This document shows, in pieces, positions 50,737 through 63,845 of a stretch of DNA of 64,000 nt. Below the pieces are notes generated by a model, which worked only from the letters and a program-made list of their open reading frames with translations, had not been told where the DNA came from and did no database searches. Source of the stretch: Lytechinus pictus (Eukaryota). The position numbers and the translations under genes were made by a program. Positions within the stretch are counted from its first letter, which is position 1. Every line of letters begins with the position of its first letter. The stretch lies in the NCBI RefSeq assembly GCF_037042905.1, contig NC_087252.1, positions 7,256,001 through 7,320,000 on the forward strand, written 5' to 3'.

Positions 50737-50913
50737 ATGGATGTTTCATGAAGCTGTTCGTACATGTAAGTTAAGAGCGACTTTACAAACGACTGGTGAT
50801 CCATTCTTGTGGTAAACGATATACACCAAATTTCACTGATTTCACGCTAAGATAGGATCACTGTTCGTTTGTAAAGTCGCTCGTAAGCTACAAACAGCTT
50901 TGTTAAACACCTC
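50737..50913. mobile_element. Harbinger-type hairpin MITE, second copy of the 10618-10788 family
   Basis: gtttcatgaagctgttcg...aagagcgactttacaaacgactggtgatcc / ggatcactgttcgtttgtaaagtcgctc...aacagctttgttaaac. Confidence 0.75.
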
Positions 50914-51951
50914 AAGGGAGGCAACGGTTTAATGGTCTTTATCTGGAGTTTAGAAGGTGCGCATTTGTTTGAGTGCTGGAGGAGGTCCTCCGGGGATTTC
51001 AAAGCCAAGATTCCATGGTTCCTCTACCTCAGTAAACCCTGAAAGAAAACAACAATAGATCAAATTCATTAAGGTTATCAGTTTCACCCAGCTTAAAGGT
51101 CCTTGTAGAGAATTCTGGCCCGTTGGATTGGTCTCAATACGTTGGAACAGTGGGCCATGGGTTCAAAAGATTTCAAATGAAGGTTTTTCCTGTAGCTCCC
51201 TTCAATCTTACATGCCTCTTTCAAATATTTTGAGACAATTTTGACAGTTTTTTAAAACATTGACTCATTTGAATAAACTCGTTATTGTTTCACATCTGTA
51301 GTTTCCTATGAAATTTGCCTAAGGAAAATAAATGCGCTATATCAAATGTCTACTGGATTGGGTTAAACTTAAAGAAATCTCTTGATTCAGATGAAATTCA
51401 ATCTGTAAGATTCAAATAAAACAATTACTTGTATGCATTGCATATTTTGGTCTTAAAAATTGCTTTGACTTAATAAGCAACTGTTGGACTTAAATATATG
51501 GTAGACTTAGAAATACTGAGACTTAATTGTAGGTTAATATTTTTTAACCACATGGATCACCACTTATGTGGCACTCCAGTCCAGCCTCAGATTTCATAGT
51601 GTCGCTCTTGATTAGTTTATCATGTCATTATTGATTTAGCTAATGTTGTCATGTTGATGTCAGATTTAATGTCTGTAAATGCAGGCATGTTATTGTAGGT
51701 TCAGATTATTAATTAGTTTTTAATGTCATTAATTAGTTGCTAGTGTTGTATTAATTTATGGGTAGCTATTAGCTAATCTATGTTATATTGAAGTCAGATT
51801 TAGTTGATGTACTTTAAATGCATTTTGAAGTGATTCTAGATATTAATTTGCATGCAGTTTGAACACAACCGAAAATTTACTCAAATTTTATAATATTTTC
51901 TTGTTGCTCATATTCTCATTCTCACTCCCTAACTCTAGAAGCAGTTCTCAT

Positions 51952-52099
51952 CAGGGGTGGATTTCATGAAAGGTTTTGTCAGTGATATTCACCCAAAGAT
52001 TAGATGTTATAAGCTACAACAAATTCTTGAATCGATCGGTCGAAGAACAATTCTGTTATTGAAAATCACTGGCAAAACTTTTCATGAAAAGCTACCCTG
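51952..52099. mobile_element. Harbinger-type MITE
   Basis: caggggtggatttcatgaaaggttttgtcagtgat / atcactggcaaaacttttcatgaaaagctaccctg. Confidence 0.7.
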
Positions 52100-52228
52100 A
52101 AAAGAGACAGACATGCATTTACCCTTTTTTACACTTAAACATAACTGAAAAATCTACTTGAATTTTGCTAATGTCTTCTTGATGCTCATTCATTTTGATC
52201 TCATTCTCTAACTCTAGAGTCTATCTAA

Positions 52229-52625
52229 AGTCTGTCTCACACTATGCGATCCGGTGCAAGGCGATTTTTCAAGAAATCACATTTGCATTAAATGTAAAAG
52301 TTCCAAGAAGTAAAATTATTTTATTTAAAGTTTGGCATAAATTTAGGAATACTAAAATGAAATTTTTACTGTTCCACAAGCCCTATGGTCGGAGTAAAGT
52401 CCAAATCGGCTTCAAGTCGCAGCCGATGATGACGTCATCACGATTTGGAATTGAATTTGATTTTATTCATTCAGGGAGGCTCTGAATGGACTGAATTTTG
52501 ATTTCAGTATAGTCTTACCACTATTCTGAACTCTGATCCATAATATTTGATTAGTCGGAATATCCATATCAAATGTTATCACAATTAATTTGGATCGCAA
52601 CAATTCGCATAGTGTGAGAAGGGCT
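52229..52625. mobile_element. MITE (~400 bp)
   Basis: TIRs agtctgtctcacactatgcga / tcgcatagtgtgagaagggct. Confidence 0.7.
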
Positions 52626-52861
52626 GTACTCTATAGAGTTTATCTTCATCTGTTCAGAAACAACCATGCATTTACCTTCTTATCTAACATTTCCATCTAT
52701 TTCCATCTACCCCCACCCACCCCCTCCGTCATATTTTCTACATCCATAGGTGGCTTACGCCATCTTTGTTCTGGATAATAGAAAAAAGGGAAATTCTTTT
52801 TTCAGCTATCCCCATCTTTGACTTTCAGGCGTGTTGATGGGCACCTCATGTTTTTTCTGGC

Positions 52862-53484
52862 TTTGGTAAATGACATGTTAACATCATGCATGCAGGCATC
52901 ATGTCGACCAGGGTTGTGTAACACAAAGGTTAGCGATTAATCGTACGCTTGAATTGTACGATTGATTGTACCTTGTAGTCAATGGAATCAATTGTAGAAA
53001 ACTGTTCTACGATCATTGCTAAGCTTTGTGTTATGGGGCCCAGGAGATTGTGGATGGATGCGTTAATCACTTGCATGGTACTAATAGACGTAAATCCATG
53101 ACGTCATACTATTCCAGTGGGGGGGATGAAACAATCGTTCATCACCCCACCCCCCCCCCCCCACCCCCGTGAACAATAGGTTCACCAGTAATGGTACTCC
53201 ACTGGGAGTGGGAAAGGTACATACCTTGCAGGCCTACAAGTATGGTTTTGGTAAATGACACGTTAACATCATGCATGCAGGCATCATGTCGGTCAGGAGA
53301 TTGTAGATTGATGCGTTAATCACTTGCATGATACTAATAGACGTAAATCCATGACGTCATACTATTCCAGTGGGGGGAATGAAACAATCGTTCACCCCCC
53401 CCCCCCCCTTGGACAATAGGTTCACCAGCGATGGTACTCCACCGGGAGTGGGAAAGGTACATACCTTGCAGGCCTTCAAGTATG
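52862..53484. repeat. Tandem duplication (~240 bp); first copy carries a MITE (52912-53040)
   Basis: tttggtaaatgaca..ttaacatcatgcatgcaggcatcatgtcg at 52862 and 53247; both end gtacataccttgcaggcct.caagtatg. Confidence 0.9.
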
Positions 53485-55130
53485 TGGGCAAGACTGATTT
53501 GATTCGATGACTTGTAATTATAAGCTGTAAATGCGTAATAGATATCAGAGTTTATTAAAACGTAAAAATTGATCATAAAAGTATATATATTTGCTTGGAT
53601 AAGCATACTTTCATTCATTTCTTATTCTCGTTTCTTTTCTCCTTTTGAGGGGGGGTGGTAGGTTTTTTTTATTTTTTGAGAACTTCTTGTGGATATGATT
53701 TTGATTTCATTTAAGGGGTGTGACACAAAATATACAATCAAATAAATAAATGAGTATATTGATTAATAAATTGATAAATTAAAAACAGATAACTTGTCAA
53801 ATAAACTTTTTTATGAAATTGGGGTAAAAAATAGTCACACAGATAAGATGTTTTCTTAGAAAGTAAAACAAATGTGAGTATTTTTCTTCAATATACCTTT
53901 CATTTTTCCCTCATCGACATCATACTGTAACATACTCAGATACTTGAACATAAAGTGTTCAGTTTTGATTTTTAAGTAGTTTCCTTGTTTCAGATCTAAG
54001 TTTTGATAGTTCAAATGAGTTCTTGAAATAATGGGAACACTTGTCTTCTTCATTTGGCAAGAAAATATGATTTATTTTTTTTAAGTATCCCATATATCAT
54101 GTTAATACACCAATTAATCAGGGGCAATTCAGGAGAAAGGGTGTCTGCCCAACTTTCCCCTTTTTGAAGTGAACTACTTTGGCAGAAGGGGATCTTGTTA
54201 GGATATACTAAAGAAATCAATAAATTCATCCACTTCCTAGACCGCCTAATTCATGAAACTCTCAATCCACCATTGCTGTTGAAATGAGAGTGGGGGGTAG
54301 GGGGAGGAGGATGAGGATGGGATGGGTATGCTCAGAGACATTAAATACTATTTGTAAGGATGAGAATAATAGTCGCTATTTACAAATATCGGCTGTATGC
54401 AATAAGGATAATTGTTATGTTGATGATGAATGGGACCGTTCATGATGAAAAAGATGCCTGCAGGATTTGAAAGAATAAAAGATGAAATAATGCATTTTGA
54501 TGTTGGTCTGATTTGAGAGTTTTCTCTTTGTTTTAATGCGATCCAAACGCTTGGCAGAGAGGGGCTACAAACGCCGGATATCAGGTGGCGTAGATTGCAT
54601 GAGGTACACCTGACATCGCCCCAATATCAGCATGTACCCCGCTCACTCATTTAATCACGTGCTTGGTGTTGTGTTATGTTTTACATGGAGTACTAGCACC
54701 GTCATGCCACTCAAAGCATGAGATGTGGATTTTCATTTTTCCATTAAAAATACCCCCCCCCCCCCGAGGTATTTGAGATAATTTTGGGAATAGTCACGTT
54801 TGCATGTGCCCCCCCCCCCCCCCCCATTGGTCCTTAAAGGTGATGAAACAAGTTTTTTTTTTTCCTTCAAAACATTGAGATAATTGTTATTTAGGGTGAC
54901 ATTGCAGTATTTTTTCATATATAATTATTGATTGGGAACCTGAGATTGCATAACTTTTGTTTCTTGCTCTTGTCTCTCTTTCTATTTCTATCCATTCATT
55001 CCGTGAAAGCGATATGCTTTCCATTTTTGAGGGTTTGAATATCAAACAATTTTTCCATTAATCATCACATTATTTTTCTTTGGTTTGTCTTTTTTCCTTT
55101 TCAAATTGGCTGACATTAAAGGTTTGTTTC

Positions 55131-55488
55131 TTTGATTCAATTGACATATGTTCTATAAGGCTTGGTGCCATAATAGTGTGCAAGTTTTCTATTTGAATCT
55201 CTGGCTAAATCTGCTTAATTAATTTTTTTTTGGGGGGGGGCAAAACATAAGTTAAAACAGTTTTACATGTTCTTAATGTAGATTCAACAAAAAAATCATA
55301 ACCATTTGATTCAATTGACATATGTTCTATAAGGCTTGGTGCCATAATAGTGTGCAATTTTTCCATTTGAATCTCTGGCTAAATCTGCTTAATTAATTTT
55401 TTTGGGGGGGCAAAACATAAGTTCAAACAGTTTTACATGTACTGAATGTTGATTAGAGTCTTTAGACCAAAAATAATCATAACCATTT
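55131..55488. repeat. Tandem duplication, ~174-bp unit
   Basis: tttgattcaattgacatatgttctataaggcttggtgccataatagtgtgcaa at 55131 and 55305. Confidence 0.9.
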
Positions 55489-57176
55489 AGTAAACTGTGT
55501 GCAGTTCTATGGCTGTGTGTAATTAAAGCGTAGAATATTAGCTTTGTGATATGTACATGTAGTGGCCATTTGCAAGTTTGCCCAAAGTTGTCTTTTGTCA
55601 TAGATGTGGTTTTAATAAATTTCCCATCAGGAAATTCAACAGATGGGAAAGGGGGCTGTGATCATTATTCCACAATTCGTCCGTAAATTATTTCTGCTAA
55701 AAGCCCCAGATGTTTGTTAGATAATAGTTTCATGCTATTTCCTATTGATTGCGTTGCCTGTTTTGTCGTTCACTGTGGGAAGGAATATATTTTGTAGCAC
55801 TTGGTATAACATCCATTTTCTCATTGTCAGGCCATTCCCCCAAGCCCCAAGCTTGAAGCACTTTCTCCCTGAATATCACCACCAATCCCTCTAAATAAAT
55901 AACTTTTGATTAATGTTTTGTGATATCATTATTCATCATGTGATAAATCACATGACTGCTCTGACATGTGTCTTTGTCACATGATCACGTGCATCAAAGA
56001 ATCCCACAAGCCACCAGACCCAATTGTAAAATATTAGAGAATAGATAGTGAAAGGAATAAACTAAAATCAGTTAACTGACTGTTTATTTTTTTACAGATG
56101 TTATATCCCCTTATTATGTGCTGTTGTAGTGTACTGTTTTGTTTCATTTTGTCACGTTTCTTTTCCTTTTGGCTTATAAGGATATTGGCGTGTTTTGTTT
56201 GATTTACTATTGGAAAGCACTGAAGATTTGGTTTTAATGAATACCTGTGTACACAGAATAAATAAACTTTAGGGATTTCCTACATTGTCTTGCCCCCTGA
56301 AGGTGTTTTTACGAACCAAAATATAATATCAATAAAAGTACTAAAATTAGTTATAAACCTGCCTCTCTCACTATATTAGTGTGGTTTGGCATGCAAGATC
56401 AAATTTCAAACAAAAAATATGGACCCCTTGTGAAATTCAAATATCCATGCTATCAGACACTTTTTAGAGAGACTTACGTATTATGGTTCAGCAGCATTCC
56501 AAACGCATCTGCACTTGTATTCTTCTGTTTGTGATGCATTTCATCTGGATGTGCCTCTCTGCACCCGTGAGAGTTGAAACCCTGAGGGGATGATAATAGG
56601 GGAAAAATATATTTTATTTGGATGTCTTCTTGCTATGCATGTAGGCATGGAAATGGTTCACATGCATGTGCCTGTACTTAACTTCGAAAACCTTGAAGAG
56701 AATTGGGACATTGCTGATTGCATATTGGTCATGATTTGACTTTTGCAAATTAGAAAAGAAAAAAAAAAATATTTTTGTTTTACTTTACATTTCCCCTCTG
56801 CCTAAGACACTTTCTTCTTCGAGTTCTTTACATACATGTACTTTTCATTTTCCTGTTTCGTTCTTTTCTCCTTCATCTTCTTTTTGTCATGTATCTTCTT
56901 CTTTTCCTCCTCCTTCTTTCCTCTTATCCTCATTCTTTCCTCCCTCTTCTCTAGTTACCCTTCTTCCTCATCTACTATTATTATAATAGTGCTACTTTAT
57001 AATCTTCTCCATCTTGCTCTTGTCATCATTCTGATTCTTCTATATTTTCCTGTTTCTTTCCAAAGTTAAATTTTTATTATTTATGTTGCTTATTGTCGTT
57101 TTGATGATTTTCACTTATGTCACTACAATAATAACCACTTTTATTTTCTGGTTTTTTTTTAATATTATTATTTCAG

Positions 57177-57296
57177 AACGAGCAACCAGGCATGCACTAT
57201 GCCGATTTAGACCTTACATCGGGCGCTGGTCATTCAGATAGAGTGGTTCCTAAAAACGAGGACGGCGTTGTCGTCTATTCATCCATCCTGGTGTGA
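57177..57296 (+). CDS. Receptor gene: terminal coding exon with two ITIM-like motifs
   Basis: ...attatttcag|AACGAG; phase 0; encodes NEQPGMHYADLDLTSGAGHSDRVVPKNEDGVVVYSSILV-stop (TGA 57294-96). Confidence 0.9.
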   Translation, partial: NEQPGMHYADLDLTSGAGHSDRVVPKNEDGVVVYSSILV

Positions 57297-57849
57297 TCAA
57301 GATTTCTAGAAACTCTGTATATAATCATCGAGTGGTACTAAAACATATATCCTCCATTGTCATTGATCTAACGTCATGTGAAGAGCTGGAATGATTTCAT
57401 CCTAGAAGTCTCAACATCAGTCGAGACTTGCCGGAGACCTTAACCATACTTGAAATGACCAACGCCGGAACAGATTAAGGCATTTGGGAAGCAACAAAAA
57501 ATTAAACAACGGCCTACCAAATCCGACTGGAAACACCAGTATTTATTCCAGCCATAACAAATTAGAATTTCTTGAAGTTCTAGCTTTGAGGAGGTCGCCG
57601 CCTGTCTACTGAAACCAATAAAAATAAATTCCATCTCCAATTTGCTGTTTTTGAGATTCAAGAATATCAAGACTTCCTGAGAAGTAACTTGATTTGATCG
57701 GGAAATCTGACCTGAGAGAGGTGTTTCACAAAGATTTTTTAAGTTTTACTAAAAGTCGCACTTAAATTTGCAGTTGCGTGCGGTATCAATCTCATCACCG
57801 CACCATGCTCAGGTATCGTGTGCTACTGCATATCAAACAATGACTTCAA

Positions 57850-58120
57850 GGCCCAGTCTTGCAAAGAGTGACGATTGATCCAATCAATCTCAACTTTATG
57901 GATATCCATCCATACCATAATTTTTCTGCAGGAAATTTGCAGTCTCCTTGGTAAACAAAGAACATCGCACTGAATCTTCAAGAGAATGATGAAAGTACGT
58001 ATGATTACACATCATATCTAGAAAATATTCTGAACAAATTTGCATTTTAGATGTAGACATTGGTGGCCATCCATAGTTGTGGTTGATCGGATCAATCGCA
58101 ACTCTTTGTTAGATGGGGCC
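57850..58120. mobile_element. Harbinger-type MITE in the presumed 3' UTR (family of 41382-41640, opposite orientation)
   Basis: ggcccagtcttgcaaagagtgacgattgatcc / ggatcaatcgcaactctttgttagatggggcc. Confidence 0.75.
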
Positions 58121-61100
58121 CAGGTCAAACGTAGCTCTTAGTGAAATAGTCTCTCAGGATTCCAATCTTTCTACTTAATGCATGATGGAGCAGGGAGGAA
58201 AGGAACTGTCAAATTCCATCACATAATTTTGTTGTCAACAAAGTTTGACTTTTTTTCTCAACTATTTACATGTACCTACTTTCGATTTTATCCGTTTTCA
58301 CAGTGTTCTAATGGTGTCGTCGGACTCCAAGAGTGACCAACATCTGTAATGTAATATATAGTTATTCGGAGTTATGCTGTATAGGCTTATTCAAGGTTAA
58401 TGATTTTAGCTGCGAGCATGATGTGTGGAAAATTGAACATATGGATAAGGTATCATAGAGCTGATTTAAGTTGCGTTTGCTCTGAATTTCACCAGATATT
58501 TTATGTAATGTGATTTGATTCAGCACTTTGAAAAATGCACTGCGATTTAAAAAGGCAAGTATTTATTATGTAAACGTGCTTTCATGTTATAACCACTATT
58601 CGAGCATCATATTGGCAATTTATGTAGAACAATGTTAATGACAGACTGCTAAATGTAAATAAGTTGATGTTTTTGCACAATTTCCAAAGCGCAATTTTTT
58701 CCTATGAAGGGGGATTTATTCAAATTTTGCTGCCTGTTTCAAATTTCTTGCTTGCATTAAGAGGTATTTATGTGATTTATAAATAAGCTCACCTGATAAT
58801 TTTTTTTTTTGGTAAATTTGTTCATGTTTGCGAATGCTGGCCATTCTAACCTTTTGTTAACTCTTTCTTGGGGGCAAACTTTTGAGCATTTTAATCAAAT
58901 CTGCACTCTCAAAAGCCACTAAGCCCTTATCACAACAAACAAACTTGTTCTCACAGATTCTAGAATTCTATGAGAAATTTGCTGTCAGCCAATTAACTGA
59001 TACCATTTCAGGAGCTTATAACAATAGCTTGTCTGTTACAATCGATAACAAGTTCTGTGCAACAAGACCCACTACATTATTACAATTCTGCAAAATAGTT
59101 CTTTAGTCATGTTTATGTTATTAAAGTTTTTGATTTCTGACTTGTGCAGTTATTACATAATATGAACCGAATTCTCCAACAACAGCATAGCATTCATTTA
59201 TTACAGAGAGCTATAACAATTAAAGCACAAGTTGCGATCTAATCCAAGCTATTTTAGTGTTTTATTGAATTAGATCTTAATTGCATATAAGAGCCAACAG
59301 CATATCAATACTTGTCTAGCAATTTCATTGAAAATTTGTGTTGCATCTTGCGTTGGGGGTAGTCGGGCCGTCTGCTTGCATTCTACCCAGTAATTTGTAC
59401 AGTATGCTTTGTATAATCCGAAACTGCCACAGAATTATTCATATTTCTAAGGAAAAAATAAAAGGAAAATGCATATTAACTGCTTTTGTAGAACAAGAAG
59501 AAGAAAAGAAAACTTCTGTTTTAGAATGATTTTCAGAGCAAAAATGAATGTGATGTATATTTGTGTTTGCAAAATTTCCTCACAGCGCATAAAAGATTAC
59601 AGAAATAAAGTCCAATAATCAATAAAAGAATTTGAAGATTTCTACCAGGTAGGGAGATGGTGATTGGTCACAAATGGTTTGAAATAAATTACTTAATGTC
59701 GTCTTGAAATATTTGCTGTGCCTTACAAATAATGTGTTTTGTGTTTTAAGGGTTATTACATTCCATTTGAAGTGACATTTACACTTAAACATTGAAAAGC
59801 GCCATCTTATGTTGGGATTCAGGAAGAGTGTGCACTGATGTTGACCCATAATGCAACATTATACCCTGTTCTAAATTATTATACATTGCCTAGCAATTTT
59901 CAAAGTGAAAAAATAACAAGATTATCTCAACCCATCGGCAATCAGTACCAATTTTTTTAAGGGCTATAGAAATTGTGCAGAATAAATGAAAATAAAGGGG
60001 GGAAAGGGAAATATGAAATGCTTATAATTAATAGTGATCACTAAAATTATTGAATATATTGACAACATTTTGAAAACTGCAAATTCGATAATTTTCAATT
60101 TATTCTGATGCAAAAACTTTAGATGTTAAAAAAATCACAAATGTAAGGAAATACTGTTGCCAATTTAAAGATTAAAAACATAATTGAATAACACTTCAAA
60201 AAGTTCATTGACCCCGACATACACATATAAAAAAAGTTCATTGACCCTGATGGATCAACACAAGTGCACTCTCCATCCAATTCTCGCATTAAGAGCCGTT
60301 ATTCAGTGTGTTGAGTGAAGATCCATTTGAATAGAAATTCTGTAAAAATTCTGCCAAAGACGATAATGTGCCCATCTTCAACGTGATATGGCATTGATGA
60401 TGAAATAAAATGAAATCAAAAGGAGAAGTTGACAATCATGATCAACTCTTATCATCGGATTGCTTTCAAATTTTCTACTATTTTTTTTGCATGAAACTGC
60501 AGCAAACTAATCTGCTTTGAGTAATCGTTCTTTTTTCTGCTCCCTCAGCTTCTAGCGTCTTGTAGAAAAAATATTGAAAAAGATTGTTAAAAAAAAGGTT
60601 AGCTTGTTTATTGTACAGTATCAATCAGAAAGTACTTTAGCCAGTTGACTTATGTAATTTTTCTTTTTGATTGCATTTATCATGTTTAAGATTGTACATT
60701 TTTGGATATCCATTTATATTTGTGAATATTGTAATTAACATTGAAGATGTATTAACTGTGTAAGTTGTATCCATTTCGTCTATAAATATTGTTATCTATT
60801 CCTTGTTTTTTGATACTGTAGAATGTATGGTTGAAGCAGTTACTTCGGCCAACCAAATGGGTGCAAAATGCCATATGTAAATATTTTTTTCTTCTTAAAA
60901 TTGGTAAGAAAAGATTGCTTTTCCATGCTGATTATTTTCTTTTACGAAACAGCATTGTGAAGATGTTATATTTTTCAGGAATTGTATTGAAACTGAAGTG
61001 GAGTTTGTTTTCACGTTTTGAACTTACAAACAATTTTTGTTGGAAACTCGCTGTAAGTTTAGACCAAGGTCAGAGTTAGAATTTCTCAATGTGATATTGA

Positions 61101-61451
61101 GAGGCATGTCTAGATGCGTGAAGTTATTTGTAGATGGATTTTCAGATAGTTTCCTTGGTTTATAATAAAAATGTTAACTCTTCAACAAAATTACACATTT
61201 AACTCATCTTACATTTTAGGACCTTGGAGTTATATTTATATGTTTGTTAAAGGGAAATAATCTTCCTTATAATCAGACATAGAATTTTCAAATTTTTTAT
61301 CTTGTTGTTATCTAGATTTCGTATTAAATCTAGATGATGTTTATTATATATTATTATTCTAGTTGTTACCTACTAATGTACTTATCTAATAATCAATATT
61401 TTCTGTAAAAATTCTGTTACTCCTCACAAATGTCTTAGTGCGCACCTTTTA

Positions 61452-61685
61452 TAGAGACAGAGATTTTCCGTTTTACCGGTAAATAAAACAGAAATTCTGT
61501 AAATAAAACAGAAATTCTGTTTGATTCTTATACTTTTCATGTAAAAATTAATGGAATTCACCTTAGCAAAACGGAATTCACGTTTTTGCTGTGTACATTT
61601 TCAGCGACAAAACAAAATTTCCATTTTTAGATCAAGTTGAAACGGAAAATACAATTTTTTTTTAAACGGAAAATCACTGTCTCTA
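61452..61685. mobile_element. hAT-like MITE
   Basis: TIRs tagagacagagattttccgttt / aaacggaaaatcactgtctcta; ctttta directly repeated on both flanks; internal acggaa/acagaaatt subrepeats. Confidence 0.75.
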
Positions 61686-62223
61686 CTTTTATTAAACTTG
61701 AGTGGCATACTGCTTGAGCTGAAAGAATGCAGTTTCCGAGAAAATCATTGTTTTCAATTTATTTTCAAGTTATTAAAGTCAGTGATCTATTATTGCTATG
61801 GCGACTTTCATGGAATATGATTGCACAGATTATGAACGGAGACCTTCTCAAGTACCTTTTTATTCATAATTAGCTTTTAAATAAGAATATCAAACTTTTG
61901 TTGCTATGTTTCTACTAGTCTACTCAGAATGTATTTTGAAAGAGCATGTTTGTTTTGCAACCATTTATTGCATCCATATTTTTTGCAAAGTAAGAAATAT
62001 CTAAAAGGTTTCAGGACTTTCAGAGAATAAATGTAATAGCAGTTGCCTATCAATTATTTCACTTATAAAGCAATTTGTTAATCTTTGAATGGTGCCCAAT
62101 TACTTCTTGGTGATGATTGAATCTATTCCTGACATGATTTGAACTGTAGAAGTGATGATGCACCCATCTTTTATTTAAAATGGTTCACAATGTTTTGTTT
62201 TTGTAGATATAAGGTATGATTTC

Positions 62224-62229
62224 AATAAA
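62224..62229 (+). terminator. Candidate distal polyadenylation signal of the receptor gene
   Basis: AATAAA followed by GT/T-rich sequence after a long AT-rich stretch. Other AATAAA candidates exist (e.g. 57617, 59605), so the 3' end is unresolved. Confidence 0.25.
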
Positions 62230-63390
62230 GTGATAATGTACATTAATGAACAAATTATATTTATATGCTTGTTCTGTATACCATATGTAGTTGTGAGTTG
62301 ATAAAATTTTGTCTTGACATTGCTAATTCATTCTCTCTCTCTTTCTCTCCCTCTTTTCCCCCTTCTCCCTCTTTATTCACTGTCTGTTCTCAGCTATTTC
62401 TGTTTCTTTCTTTCTCTCTCTTTCTCTTTGCTACCTTTTCCTTTGATCTACCTGTCAATTTTATTCTTTAAATGAATAGATACATGTACTTGCAGCTTTT
62501 ACCATAAAAACCCATTCAGATCTAGTGTGGAAATCATCATCAAGGAAAAAAAAAGATGTTATAATAATAACATACCGACAAATGATATGCATGAGCAGTA
62601 ATACCAATATTACACATATTGTAATTGAAAGGCATCCCTTTAGTGGGTGTAATGGTCTACACCGGGGGTCTTTAAAATGTACACTTCTTTGGTATAAATT
62701 AGTCAATCGCCGTTCTTTGCTCGGCCGCACAACTGCTTTCCACCCTGAGTCTGGATGGGTCCATAGAATCTTGCTCATTGTACATGAAAGTGTATGTGGT
62801 TTCTCAAATACTAAAAAAATTCAGCAATTGCACCATTGTGGGGGGGGGGAGAATGGCCCCTAAAAAGTAATAATCCTAACCTTGCAGGCATGTTATGAGT
62901 TAGCTGTATAAAGAAGTAGAATAATTCAGGAAACTTCCTGTTTAATACTGTTCTTAATATTTTGGACATTGAGTTCAGTGTGTATTGTATGAAATTCCAT
63001 GTGTACTCATTCATTTTAGTGGAATCAAATATGACTTGGAATGGATTCCAAGATGAATATATTCTGAGTTGAAGTACTCAGACTTGAGAAATTGATTGAC
63101 TCAATATCAGAATAGTGTGACATAAACTGTAATTTAGTCAACCCTAAAAAAAAAAAATTCTACTTTTAATGAGTAGACTGCCATCTGTTGCCATTCAATG
63201 TTACATGTACCTCGGATTCTGCAGAACAGGGAGGTTGTAGCTTCAAAGAATGAAATTTCCTCGTGAAAGGTGCTTTTCCAAAACTATCAAGCTTGGATGA
63301 TGTAAAGCACGCAATGTGACATGCCCCTCTTGGGTCAGATTGCACAAGCTACTATTATTTGAACATTAATTGTACGTATCACATCTATAA

Positions 63391-63586
63391 ATTTATCCAC
63401 ATTGTGCTGCACTCCACCCAGGTGAGGTAAATGGGTACTTGGCAGGAATTTATTCCTTGAAATGCCACCGTTCTGTAATAGGCTGTGGGGCTATAGCCAG
63501 GGTAATAATATCCAATTAAGCGCATAGGGACGCATTTGGCAGTGATATGCGCTATATATTAAGCATGCTGGTAATATTATTATTAT
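63391..63586 (+). mobile_element. 5'-truncated SINE with Meta-like core and L2-type tail
   Basis: cactccacccaggtgaggtaaatgggtac core (recalled from invertebrate tRNA-SINEs), then aagcgcataggga...atgcgctatata and a (TAT)n tail. Confidence 0.6.
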
Positions 63587-63639
63587 CTTTAATAATAAGT
63601 GTCATTAAGTATCAAAGAATGATTTTTTGCTAAGATGCT

Positions 63640-63845
63640 CATGGCCGTAAGCAGAATTTTTTGGCTTTTTCAATGAAATAAACTTAATTCGAGAGAGCAA
63701 AGCGACTGAGCTTGTCATTGGGGCGCCTCTGCATTCTGTTAAATGAAATAGAAGGATTTGTGCATACATGTACTTTTGGTGAATTTTCAGTTAAAAAATG
63801 AAAGTTTGCCCCCCCCCCCCCCCCCCCCCGCTGCGTATGGCCATG
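63640..63845. mobile_element. CAT-terminal MITE with ~7-bp TSD
   Basis: TIRs catggccgtaagcag / ctgcgtatggccatg; flanks agatgct / aggtgct. Confidence 0.7.

Noticed and set aside
56836..57069. Hydrophobic ORF resembling a membrane protein
   Set aside because: Low-complexity CT-rich intron sequence upstream of the last acceptor; the same applies to 17127-17417, 33184-33468 and 62265-62471.
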